The position numbers and the translations under genes are program-made. DNA of 19,482 bases from a candidate division WOR-3 bacterium (GTDB lineage Bacteria > Hydrothermota > Tepidihabitantia > Tepidihabitantales > CAIPLT01), in assembly GCA_965649215.1 (NCBI GenBank), contig CBFGJZ010000029.1, positions 1 to 19,482 on the forward strand. The letters run 5' to 3'. Numbering within the stretch: the first letter of the stretch is position 1; each line of letters begins with the position of its first letter. Shown one piece after another: positions 9,957 through 18,598 of the stretch. A model generated the notes under the pieces. It did not search any database. It was not told the origin of the DNA and worked only from the letters and a program-made list of their open reading frames with translations.

Positions 9957-12285
9957 ATTTTATACTCTTTAGTTTTATTTTTGTAATTCCTGCGCCACCT
10001 TCATAACTCTCACCGAGACGAAATTGTTCAATGCGATTATCGTTTTTAAGTAATTGCCAAAGCATATCTTTTAAAATACCTTTACCTTTGCCGTGAATAA
10101 TTCTCACTTCATTAACATTAAAATCATAGGCTTGATTTAGAAAATTTTCAATAGCAATTTTAGCCTCATCAATATTTAGACCACGAATATTAAGCAAAGG
10201 TTGAAAAAATTTGTTAGGAATATTAATATCAAAATCACGATTACGATTAATTGATTTTTCTAAATTTGTTGCCAATTGCAAATCATCAACAGGTAATGAG
10301 ACTTTGATCCCACCAAAAGCAACTTTGATTTGATCAGGTTTAATTTCTACCACTTCGCCATATTTTTGAAAGGTTTTGCTGAACACCCAGTTACCAACTT
10401 GGTAGCTAATATTTTGATAATCATTTTTCGAATCAGTATTTATAATGTTTTCTTTAATTTCGTTTAATTGTTCAGTAAAATAAGTTTTAGAAGTTACAGT
10501 TGCTTGCTTGCTAGCATTTGATTCCTTGATGTTTCGGATTAAATTTTCAATATTCCGTCGCTGTTCTAAAAGAAAATTTTGCTTATCTTTTACTAACTTA
10601 CTTCTTTCTTCTTTAATGACATTTTTAAGATTTTTGATTTTATCTTCATATTCGATATGGAGTTGCTTTAATTCTGTATATTCTTTTTGTAGTTGCTTTT
10701 GCAAGATTTGGTTTTTTTCTATTTCACTTGACAATAAAGCCATTCGTTCTGCAAGATTTAACCAATCTTGATTTAAAAACTGTTTTGCTCGATTAATAAT
10801 TTTTTCAGGTAATCCTAATTTTTGAGAAATCTCTAGTGCACTAGAAGAACCAAAAAATCCCATAATTAACCTATAAGTAGGACGGTCTTGATATTCCATC
10901 ATTGCATTAATCATCCCTTTGGCGTCATGAACATAAATCTTTAAAGGATTAAAATGACTAGTTGCAATACAGTATGATTGTTTATCTCGAATTGTTTCTA
11001 AAATCGCAATTGCTAAAGCAGAACCTTCTTCAGGAGCAGTTGAAGAACCAATTTCATCTAACAAAATAAGACTTTTTTCATTAGCATGTTCAAGGATTGT
11101 TTTGAGTTGTAAAAGATGAGCAGAAAATGATGAGAGATTTGTATCGATTGATTGTTCATCCGTGATGTCAACAAAGATTGTTTCGAAGAATGGTATTTCG
11201 CTATCAGGGTGGGCGGGAATATAAATACCAGAAAGAGCCATAAGAACAATTAAACCAACGGTTTTTAGAGCAACGGTTTTGCCACCGGCATTAGGTCCAG
11301 AGATAAGAATAATATTAGTGTTATCGGGAAAATGTATGTTTAAGGGAACTAATTCTGATTTTTTTTGTTTAAGTAAAGGATGAATACCATTGATAATTCG
11401 AAATTTGCGATCGGATGCTATTTTAGGACGGAAGCAGTCAAAAGAAGTAATAAATTTACTTTTTGCTAATAAGACATCAAGTTCACCAATTATTTTTAGA
11501 CTTCTCAACAATTCATCTTTAATTTGTAAAATCGATTGCGATAACTTTGCGAGAATCTGGGCAATCTCATTTTTTTCTTCGTCAAGCAGAAAAGCAAAAT
11601 AATTTTGATCATTCACTAATTCAAGAGGTTCAATAAAAATTGTTTTACGAGCAGGTGAATATTCGTGAAGGATCCCAGTGAGTTTATTTTGAGCTTCTGC
11701 TTTCAATGGCAAACAATAGCGATTATTACGAATTACAAAAGTATTATCTTGAAGATATTCGGTTTTTGCTTGAATTAATGTTTGTAGTTTTGCGATTATT
11801 AGATTACGTTGTTTTGTAATTTGTTGGCGAATATTAGAAAGTTTGGCACTAGCGTTATTTTTTATTTCACCAAACTCATCAATTTTATTATCGATTGATT
11901 TTTCCAATTCTTCAGCGCTAATGATAGGTTTAATAAGTTGTATTAACTTTGGATATTTATTTTGATTTTTCATAAAATATTGTTTAACAGCTCGGAGAGT
12001 TCTCAGAGTTTTTAAAATATTTTGTAAATTGAGAGTTGATAAAATAATATGTTCACTGCCATCAAATAAGAGTATCTCTCGCAAATCATAAATGTCTGTC
12101 AGATTTATTTCATTTTTGGCTGTGAGGCATTCTTGGAGTAAATCAAATTCATTTTCAATTTCCGACACATTACTTTTTGGTTGAATCGTATATGTTAATT
12201 CTTTGCCCAGTTGAGTTTGGGTGTAGCTCCCGATTATTTCAATTATACGATCAAAACCTAAAAGTTGAAAAACGCGCTTATCCAT
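9949..12285 (-). CDS. mutS2: MutS2 (ATPase, coiled coil, KOW and Smr domains)
   Basis: Walker A GPNAGGKT, LSSFSAH, Walker B LILLDEIGSST, ATSH, coiled coil, KOW-like YQVGNWV..GEVVEI, Smr LNIRG..IIHGKGKGIL. No MutS1 mismatch-binding domain. 8-bp overlap with dnaG. Confidence 0.95.
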   Translation of the reverse strand: MDKRVFQLLGFDRIIEIIGSYTQTQLGKELTYTIQPKSNVSEIENEFDLLQECLTAKNEINLTDIYDLREILLFDGSEHIILSTLNLQNILKTLRTLRAVKQYFMKNQNKYPKLIQLIKPIISAEELEKSIDNKIDEFGEIKNNASAKLSNIRQQITKQRNLIIAKLQTLIQAKTEYLQDNTFVIRNNRYCLPLKAEAQNKLTGILHEYSPARKTIFIEPLELVNDQNYFAFLLDEEKNEIAQILAKLSQSILQIKDELLRSLKIIGELDVLLAKSKFITSFDCFRPKIASDRKFRIINGIHPLLKQKKSELVPLNIHFPDNTNIILISGPNAGGKTVALKTVGLIVLMALSGIYIPAHPDSEIPFFETIFVDITDEQSIDTNLSSFSAHLLQLKTILEHANEKSLILLDEIGSSTAPEEGSALAIAILETIRDKQSYCIATSHFNPLKIYVHDAKGMINAMMEYQDRPTYRLIMGFFGSSSALEISQKLGLPEKIINRAKQFLNQDWLNLAERMALLSSEIEKNQILQKQLQKEYTELKQLHIEYEDKIKNLKNVIKEERSKLVKDKQNFLLEQRRNIENLIRNIKESNASKQATVTSKTYFTEQLNEIKENIINTDSKNDYQNISYQVGNWVFSKTFQKYGEVVEIKPDQIKVAFGGIKVSLPVDDLQLATNLEKSINRNRDFDINIPNKFFQPLLNIRGLNIDEAKIAIENFLNQAYDFNVNEVRIIHGKGKGILKDMLWQLLKNDNRIEQFRLGESYEGGAGITKIKLKSIKYD

Positions 12286-12352
12286 TATCTAACTCGTAAT
12301 ATTTTTATGCTTTTGATGTAAGTTGTATTATCATCCCAGGCGCACAAAATCT

Positions 12353-12550
12353 TTACATCATATTTTCTTGGCTTTTTCGCCAGGCTTTTCTTCTGGCTTC
12401 AGCAAGTTTTCGTTTTCTACGCTCACTGGGTTTTTCATAATACTCTCGACGCTTGACTTCTTTGGGAATTCCAGCCCGTTCGCAGGCACGTCGAAAACGT
12501 CGAATAAAACTTTCGTAACTTTCTCCTTCTTTAACATTAATTTGGGTCAT
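12353..12550 (-). CDS. rpsU: 30S ribosomal protein S21
   Basis: 65 aa; ES.E..IRRFRR..ERAGI..EVKRREYYEKPSERRKRK signature. Confidence 0.97.
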   Translation of the reverse strand: MTQINVKEGESYESFIRRFRRACERAGIPKEVKRREYYEKPSERRKRKLAEARRKAWRKSQENMM

Positions 12551-12559
12551 TTCGACTCA

Positions 12560-12571
12560 CACCTCCTTTCT
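12560..12571 (-). promoter_or_regulatory. Extended Shine-Dalgarno of rpsU (AGAAAGGAGGTG)
   Basis: Plus strand CACCTCCTTTCT at 12560-12571 matches the common 16S 3' tail sequence over 12 nt; 9 nt separate it from the ATG. Confidence 0.85.
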
Positions 12572-12595
12572 TTATCTTTAATAGTTAAAATCATC

Positions 12596-13318
12596 TTACA
12601 TCTCATTTAATTTTGCTAATAATATTGCTAAGGCACTTATTGCAGCAGTTTCCGCACGTAATCTTCGAGTACCTAAGGATACAATCTCAGCATTTAAATT
12701 TATTGCTTGGATAACTTCTTCTTTACTAAAGCCACCTTCTGGTCCTATCACAAGGAGAATATTTCTAATAAAATCATTAAAAGTTATATCATTAATTTTT
12801 TTAGCAGTTTCTTCTTCATAAGCAAAAATAACTTTATCATAAGAATTAAACATTATGAGTAATTCCGAAAATTTTATTGGTTTAGTAATGGATGGTAAAA
12901 AGGTTCGCATTGAAGATTTAATTGCTGAAAGCATAATTTTTTGATAGCGTTCTAATTTTTTATTAGAAATTGAAGCAATTGTTCGTTCTGAAATAAAAGG
13001 AATTATTTTTTGAATTCCTAGTTCTGTTACTTTTTCTACGATTAAGTCAAAATGATTTCCTTTGATAATACTTTGGGCTAAAGTTATTTTCCTAATTGGT
13101 TCACGAGCATTTCGAGTGCGATTAACAATGGTAGCTTCAATAGTTTTGTCTTGTATTTTTTTAATGATTGTCTGATATTCATTACCTAAACCATCGGTCA
13201 CATATAAAGGATCACCAATTTTATATCTCATAACGCGAAGAATATGATGTGCTTCTGGTCCGCTGATACGAAGATAATTAGAAAAAATATTCTTGGCTGG
13301 GGTATAATATAGTTCCAT
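12596..13318 (-). CDS. rsmE: 16S rRNA m3U1498 methyltransferase
   Basis: HHILRVMR, EKVTELG, SPOUT motifs IGPEGGFS and LGTRRLRAETA. The start is more likely MELYY at 13318 (TAATG overlap with the dnaJ stop) than 13369. Confidence 0.94.
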   Translation of the reverse strand: MELYYTPAKNIFSNYLRISGPEAHHILRVMRYKIGDPLYVTDGLGNEYQTIIKKIQDKTIEATIVNRTRNAREPIRKITLAQSIIKGNHFDLIVEKVTELGIQKIIPFISERTIASISNKKLERYQKIMLSAIKSSMRTFLPSITKPIKFSELLIMFNSYDKVIFAYEEETAKKINDITFNDFIRNILLVIGPEGGFSKEEVIQAINLNAEIVSLGTRRLRAETAAISALAILLAKLNEM

Positions 13319-14454
13319 TATTCTGGTTTGTGTGGGGGAGGGGTTACTTCGGAACGAATTCGTTCCCATTCTTTAAGCAGATTCTTTTCTTGAGAAGAAA
13401 GATGTTTCGGAATATGCACAGCAATACGTACTAATTCATCACCGCGACCACCATTTAATTTTTTAATCCCAAAATTTCGTAGGCGAACAATTTCACCTGC
13501 TTGCACACCAGGACTAATTTTTATCTTCTTTTTACCATTTAAGGTTGGTACTTCAATGTCACCACCTAAAATTGCCGTGGTAATGGGAATAGGTACTTCG
13601 ACCATAATATCATCATTTACGCGTTTGAAAAGTGGATGTTCTTTTTCTTCAATTTCAATAATCACATTACCTTTACCACCCGGTCCATAATGTCCTTCAC
13701 CGCGCAGTTGCATAAAATTACCATTACTGACACCAGCAGGGATCGTTACTTTGATGGTTCTTTCAACACGAACTCGTCCTTCACCAATACATTTAACACA
13801 GCGATGTTTAATAACTTTACCTTCTCCATGACAATCAGGGCAAGCTGTGATTTGAACAAATTGGCCAAAAATACTTCGTGTTACATGTTTGCGTTCACCG
13901 CTTCCTTGACAAGTTGAACAAGTTGTTGTATCAGAACCACCAGTGCCTTTACATTCATCACATCGTTCATAGCGGGAGAAAGTAATTTCTTTGGATGTGC
14001 CTTCGGCGATCTCTTCTAAAGTAAGTCGGAGTCGGACATGGATATCTCGACCTTTAGGGCGGGTGGTACGAGCTGTTCGGGTACCGCTAGTAAATAAATC
14101 AAAAATACTACTTTCTCCAAAACCGCGGAAAAATTGATCAAAGTTAAAAATATCACCAAAAATATCGCGCAGGTCTTCAGCGTGTGAGAAATCTCGCCAT
14201 TGAAAGCCACCGGGACTAAATTTCTGAGAAACACCTTCATGCCCAAATTGGTCGTAGAGTTTTCGTTTTTCGGGATCAATTAAAACTTCATAGGCTTCTG
14301 ACAATTCCTTAAATTTCTCTTCGGCTTCTTTGCGATTCTGGGGATTCATATCAGGATGATATTGCTTTGCTAACCGCCGATAAGCCGATTTTATTTCATC
14401 AAAAGAAGCGTTTTTATTTACACCTAAAATTTCGTAATAGTCTCGTTTTGACAC
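13318..14454 (-). CDS. dnaJ: Chaperone DnaJ (class A)
   Basis: J domain with HPD, G/F region with DIF motifs, four CxxCxGxG zinc repeats, C-terminal substrate-binding domains. GTG start. Confidence 0.98.
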   Translation of the reverse strand: MSKRDYYEILGVNKNASFDEIKSAYRRLAKQYHPDMNPQNRKEAEEKFKELSEAYEVLIDPEKRKLYDQFGHEGVSQKFSPGGFQWRDFSHAEDLRDIFGDIFNFDQFFRGFGESSIFDLFTSGTRTARTTRPKGRDIHVRLRLTLEEIAEGTSKEITFSRYERCDECKGTGGSDTTTCSTCQGSGERKHVTRSIFGQFVQITACPDCHGEGKVIKHRCVKCIGEGRVRVERTIKVTIPAGVSNGNFMQLRGEGHYGPGGKGNVIIEIEEKEHPLFKRVNDDIMVEVPIPITTAILGGDIEVPTLNGKKKIKISPGVQAGEIVRLRNFGIKKLNGGRGDELVRIAVHIPKHLSSQEKNLLKEWERIRSEVTPPPHKPE

Positions 14455-14525
14455 TTTTTACTTTCGCACTTTCTTACTCAGTAATGATTTATCTTGCAAT
14501 TTAAAACTAATAACTCCTAACTCGT

Positions 14526-16415
14526 TTATTTCTTGTCTTCGGGTTCATCATATACTTGATAATCAGCGTCAACCTTTTTTTCTGAAGTTTTCGCTTGTTC
14601 ACCTTCGGTGGATTTTGTCTGGGCCTGTTTATACATCTCTTCAGCTAATTTATAACTCACCTTTTGGAGCGCTTCGATATCGCGTTCAATCGCAGCTTTG
14701 TCTTGGTCTTTCATCGTTTCTTTAAGTTTATTAATTGCATCTTGAATTTTGTTTTTGTCGTCTTGGGATATTTTATCGTCAAAATCTTTAAGACTCTTTT
14801 CTGTATGGTAGATTAATGTATCTGCCCGATTGCGTACTTCAATTACTTCGCGTTTGGCTCTATCTTCAGAAGCATGCAGTTCAGCGTCTTTAATCGCACG
14901 GTCAATATCTTCTTTGCTTAAACCCGATGAAGCAGTAATCTTAATGCTCTGTTCTTTTTTAGTAGCTAGATCTTTTGCGGTAACATGTAAGATTCCATCT
15001 GCATCAATGTTAAAAGTAACTTCAATTTGAGGAACCCCACGTGGTGCGGGAGGAATACCGACTAATTCAAATCGGCCTAAAGTACGATTATCTACTGCCA
15101 TTTCTCGTTCTCCTTGTAAAACATGAATAGTCACTGCATTTTGATTATCTTCAGCAGTTGTGAAGATTTGACTTTTTCGCGTTGGGATTGTAGTATTGCG
15201 TTCAATAATCTTGGTCATAACACCGCCTAAAGTCTCAATTCCTAAGGAGAGCGGGGTTACATCTAACAAAACGACATCTTTAACCTCACCAGCCAACACC
15301 GCACCTTGTATTGCTGCACCAATTGCAACAACTTCATCAGGATTAATACCTTTATGGGGTTCTTTATTAAAGAAATTACGCACAACTTCTTGAACTTTGG
15401 GCATTCGGATTTGTCCCCCCACTAAAATCACTTCGTCAATTTGGTCAGGAGTCAGTTTAGCATCTTCCAGCGCTTTTTGCACAGGTTTTAAGGTACTTTG
15501 AATCAAATCATCAACCAATGCTTCTAATTTTGCCCGGGAAAGTCTTAATTCAAGATGGAGTGGTCCTTTTTGCGGGTCAGAATAGATAAATGGTAAACTA
15601 ATAGTGGTTTCCATTACTGTGGATAATTCGCATTTTGCTTTTTCCGATGCTTCACGAATTCGTTGTAAAGCAGTGCGGTCTTTGGATAAATCAATGCCAT
15701 GTTCTTTTCTAAATTCATCTAACACCCAATTCATAATCCGAATATCAAAATCATCACCACCCAAATGAGTGTTACCATTGGTGGAAAGCACTTCAAAAAG
15801 ACCATCGCCAATTTCTAAGATTGAGATATCAAAAGTACCACCACCTAAATCATAAACCGCTATTTTCTCATTCTTTTTCTTATCTAAACCATAAGCCAAC
15901 GAAGCCGCAGTCGGCTCATTGATAATGCGCAAAACTTCTAATCCAGCAATTTTACCAGCGTCTTTTGTTGCTTGTCTTTGTGAATCATTAAAATAAGCAG
16001 GTACGGTAATGACCGCTTTAGTGACAGGTTCTCCTAAATATGCTTCAGCAGCTTTTTTAAGATATTGTAAAATCATTGCTGAGATTTCAGGAGGTGAATA
16101 GGTCTTATCATCGATTTGAACCCAAGCATCGCCATTGGGTGCTTCAACAACCTTATATGGGACTTGTTTAATTTCTTGGGTAACTTCTGAATAGCGGCGT
16201 CCCATAAACCTTTTAATTGAATAAACAGTATGTTCGGGATTGATGATTGACTGCCGTCGAGCTAAAGTACCAACCAGTCTTTCTTTCCCAAAGGCGACCA
16301 CAGATGGTGTTGTGCGGCCACCTTCAGGATTCGGAATAACTACCGGTTGTCCGCGTTCCATTACTGCTACACACGAAAAAGTTGTTCCTAAATCAATACC
16401 AATAACTTTTGACAT
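14526..16415 (-). CDS. dnaK: Chaperone DnaK (Hsp70)
   Basis: [33 protein letters not shown], linker [20 protein letters not shown] at 16422-16426. The diderm-type insert after SIKRFMGR is present. Confidence 0.99.
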   Translation of the reverse strand: MSKVIGIDLGTTFSCVAVMERGQPVVIPNPEGGRTTPSVVAFGKERLVGTLARRQSIINPEHTVYSIKRFMGRRYSEVTQEIKQVPYKVVEAPNGDAWVQIDDKTYSPPEISAMILQYLKKAAEAYLGEPVTKAVITVPAYFNDSQRQATKDAGKIAGLEVLRIINEPTAASLAYGLDKKKNEKIAVYDLGGGTFDISILEIGDGLFEVLSTNGNTHLGGDDFDIRIMNWVLDEFRKEHGIDLSKDRTALQRIREASEKAKCELSTVMETTISLPFIYSDPQKGPLHLELRLSRAKLEALVDDLIQSTLKPVQKALEDAKLTPDQIDEVILVGGQIRMPKVQEVVRNFFNKEPHKGINPDEVVAIGAAIQGAVLAGEVKDVVLLDVTPLSLGIETLGGVMTKIIERNTTIPTRKSQIFTTAEDNQNAVTIHVLQGEREMAVDNRTLGRFELVGIPPAPRGVPQIEVTFNIDADGILHVTAKDLATKKEQSIKITASSGLSKEDIDRAIKDAELHASEDRAKREVIEVRNRADTLIYHTEKSLKDFDDKISQDDKNKIQDAINKLKETMKDQDKAAIERDIEALQKVSYKLAEEMYKQAQTKSTEGEQAKTSEKKVDADYQVYDEPEDKK

Positions 16416-16455
16416 ATTTTGCCTCCAATTTTCATATAGACTTTTATAATTATTA

Positions 16456-16495
16456 GACTAAAAATTATAGCAAAAGATTTAGATATTTTTTAGTC
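16456..16495. repeat. 9-bp inverted repeat GACTAAAAA-N22-TTTTTAGTC bracketing the dnaK promoter
   Basis: Arms at 16456-16464 and 16487-16495, read directly. Confidence 0.6.
16464..16472 (-). promoter_or_regulatory. Extended -10 promoter (TGcTATAAT) upstream of dnaK
   Basis: Minus strand reads TGCTATAAT in the grpE-dnaK spacer, 48 nt upstream of the dnaK ATG. No good -35 at a 17-bp spacing. Confidence 0.6.
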
Positions 16496-16500
16496 AGGGG

Positions 16501-17079
16501 TTAGTTTTCACGCTCCTTTGATTCAGATTCTTTATCAGTTTCTGCTGTTTGTTTAACTTGACTTTCAGTAGCAGATTTACCGACAATGACGCGGGCAGGT
16601 TTCAATACCCGGTTCTCTAACATATAACCTTTATTAAGTTCTTTAATAATCGTGTTAGGGGGATTAGTGTTATCTTCTTCAAAACCAACTGCTTCAGCAA
16701 TTTTGGGGTCAAATTGCTTACCCAAACAAGAATATTCTTTTAAACCAAATTTTTCTAATGTATTAACTAATTGCCGATATGCAATTTCAATACCTTTTTT
16801 CAAATTCTGATAATTACTTTCATTGCTATTATTATCCGTCTTATTGAGATGGTCAAAGGCTAATTGGAAATTTTCTAGGATGGGTATTAATTCGCAGAGT
16901 AATTGTTCATTGGCAAAACATTTATACTCTTCCATTTCTTTCTCTTTACGACGCCGGTAATTATCAAAATCAGCCAATGCGCGTAGATAATTTTCCTGAT
17001 AGGATTTTAATTCTGCTTGGCACTTTTGAAAATCTTCTTTCAGTTGGGTTACTGGTCCTTTTTTCAAATTTATCACCAT
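16501..17079 (-). CDS. grpE: Nucleotide exchange factor GrpE
   Basis: YLRALADFDNYRRR, LIPILENF, FDP...EAV, KGYML..RVLKPARVIV; lies directly upstream of dnaK. Confidence 0.96.
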   Translation of the reverse strand: MVINLKKGPVTQLKEDFQKCQAELKSYQENYLRALADFDNYRRRKEKEMEEYKCFANEQLLCELIPILENFQLAFDHLNKTDNNSNESNYQNLKKGIEIAYRQLVNTLEKFGLKEYSCLGKQFDPKIAEAVGFEEDNTNPPNTIIKELNKGYMLENRVLKPARVIVGKSATESQVKQTAETDKESESKEREN

Positions 17080-17083
17080 TTTT

Positions 17084-17112
17084 ATTATAAACTATAAATA
17101 AAATATAGTCAA
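17084..17112 (-). promoter_or_regulatory. sigma70-type promoter for grpE (and the dnaKJ run)
   Basis: Minus strand TTGACT (17112-17107), 17-bp spacer, TATAAT (17089-17084). The grpE ATG begins 4 nt later. Confidence 0.75.
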
Positions 17113-17167
17113 GAATGTTAGTGATTAGAATATTCGTTTTTACAAAAAAATGCTTGAGTTAACATTA

Positions 17168-17196
17168 TTGACATATCATAGCTAACTAGTTATATT
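17168..17196 (+). promoter_or_regulatory. sigma70-type promoter for the MFS gene
   Basis: TTGACA (17168-17173), 17-bp spacer, TATATT (17191-17196). The ATG begins 8 nt later. Confidence 0.7.
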
Positions 17197-17204
17197 TTAG
17201 ACTA

Positions 17205-18551
17205 ATGATTGTTCCTTTTAGATTTGACTTAAAAAAATATTTTAAGGTTGACTTTCGGCAAATTTTTCGTGCATTCCAATATCGCAATTATCGTTACTAT
17301 TATATTGGGCAGGGGATATCCTTAATTGGAACTTGGATGCAAAGAGTAGCTATGAGTTGGTTGGTTTATCGGTTGACAAATTCACCATTTATATTAGGCG
17401 CGGTCGGGTTTTCCAGTGAGATACCTATCTTTTTAATCAGTCCGTTTGCCGGTGTATTACTTGATCGGTGGAATCGTCGCACAGTATTAATTATCACCCA
17501 GATTTTAGCAATGCTACAAGCCTTTATATTAACGGCGTTGGTTTTTGCCCATTATATTAAAGTGTGGCATATTATCAGCTTAAGTGTCTTTATGGGTATT
17601 ATAAATGCTTTTGATATGCCGGGTCGTCAATCCTTTATTGTAGAGATTGTTGAAAAAAAAGACGATTTAGGCAATGCGATTGCTCTTAACTCATCGATGT
17701 TCAATTTAGCCCGATTAATCGGACCGTCATTAGCAGGTATGTTAATCGCCAGTGTTGGTGAAGGAGTTTGTTTCTTACTAAATGGAATTAGTTATCTTTC
17801 TGCAATTTATGCCTTATATCTTATAAAAGTCAAAGCAAAGACAAAAGAACCGATTGCTCAAAATGTCCTTAACGAATTAAAACAGGGTTTAAGTTATGTT
17901 TATAACTTTTTACCAATTCGTTCAATATTATTACTTTTAATCATCATCAGTTTTTTTGCTTTTCCGTATCTTATATTAATGCCGGTTATTGCTCGGGAAA
18001 TCTTAAAAGGTGCTGCGAACACATTAGGATTTCTAATGGCAGGGGCAGGAATTGGTGCTTTGATTGGTGCTTTAATATTAGCGGCGCGGAAAACCGTGCG
18101 CGGTTTAGGCAGACTAATTCCGATTGCTTGTTCAATCTTTGGACTTGGGCTTATTGCTTTATCATTTTCTCGGATCTTTATTTTGTCATTCTTTATTCTA
18201 ATTATTACAGGCTGTGGCATGATGATTTTTATGGCATCTTGCAATACGGTTGTTCAGACTATTGTTGAAGACAACAAGCGGGGAAGGGTCATGAGTTTAT
18301 ACACAATGGCATTTATGGGGACAATGCCATTTGGGAGTCTTTTGGCGGGTTCAATTGCTAATAAAATTGGGGCTTCCTATACAATAACGATTAGCGGTAT
18401 AATCAGTATTATTGCAGCGCTAATCTTTATTCGTCAAATGCCCAAAATAAGAGCCATTATTCATCCGATTTATAAAAAATTAGGAATTATTCCGGATATC
18501 ACAAGCAGTGTTGAATGTGCTACTTCCCTAAATATACCAAAAGAAAAATAA
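17205..18551 (+). CDS. MFS transporter (MFS_3 / EntS-MefA-like efflux type)
   Basis: About 12 TM helices; RNYRYYYIGQGISLIGTWMQ N-terminus; motif A GVLLDRWNRR; AFDMPGRQS; KRGRVMSLY. Confidence 0.92.
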   Translation: MIVPFRFDLKKYFKVDFRQIFRAFQYRNYRYYYIGQGISLIGTWMQRVAMSWLVYRLTNSPFILGAVGFSSEIPIFLISPFAGVLLDRWNRRTVLIITQILAMLQAFILTALVFAHYIKVWHIISLSVFMGIINAFDMPGRQSFIVEIVEKKDDLGNAIALNSSMFNLARLIGPSLAGMLIASVGEGVCFLLNGISYLSAIYALYLIKVKAKTKEPIAQNVLNELKQGLSYVYNFLPIRSILLLLIIISFFAFPYLILMPVIAREILKGAANTLGFLMAGAGIGALIGALILAARKTVRGLGRLIPIACSIFGLGLIALSFSRIFILSFFILIITGCGMMIFMASCNTVVQTIVEDNKRGRVMSLYTMAFMGTMPFGSLLAGSIANKIGASYTITISGIISIIAALIFIRQMPKIRAIIHPIYKKLGIIPDITSSVECATSLNIPKEK

Positions 18552-18565
18552 TATAATCACAGCTC

Positions 18566-18593
18566 TTGACAAATCTGTAAAATAACTTAATAT
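18566..18593 (+). promoter_or_regulatory. sigma70-type promoter for radC
   Basis: TTGACA (18566-18571), 16-bp spacer, TAATAT (18588-18593). The ATG begins 5 nt later. Confidence 0.6.
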
Positions 18594-18598
18594 CCTAA

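Noticed and set aside
13319-13369. N-terminal extension of RsmE (track start 13369)
   Set aside because: It overlaps dnaJ by more than 50 nt. The ATG at 13318 gives a normal RsmE N-terminus and a TAATG coupling.
12289-14525. CTAACTCGT present in two intergenic spacers (12289-12297 and 14517-14525), plus short AAAGT and GAGTTA iterations in the dnaK-dnaJ spacer
   Set aside because: Only 9 bp, at different positions relative to the genes, and the iterations are low complexity. I cannot distinguish them from chance.
17097-17113. CtsR-box-like sequence (minus strand CTTGACT-ATA-TTTTATT) over the grpE -35
   Set aside because: The first heptad is explained by the -35 box itself, and the second is degenerate AT-rich sequence.
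17153-17173. HspR HAIR site (CTTGAGT half-site at 17153-17159)
   Set aside because: The second arm after N7 is ATTGACA, matching only 3 of 7 positions of ACTCAAG.
64-18244. Short alternative ORFs in the track (64..255, 545..736, 1729..2031, 10508..10771, 11058..11249, 11390..11602, 12323..12610, 13636..13917, 14016..14279, 14830..15030, 15196..15393, 16240..16449, 17900..18244)
   Set aside because: All overlap better-supported genes on the opposite strand or in another frame, and none shows family motifs. They are shadow ORFs.
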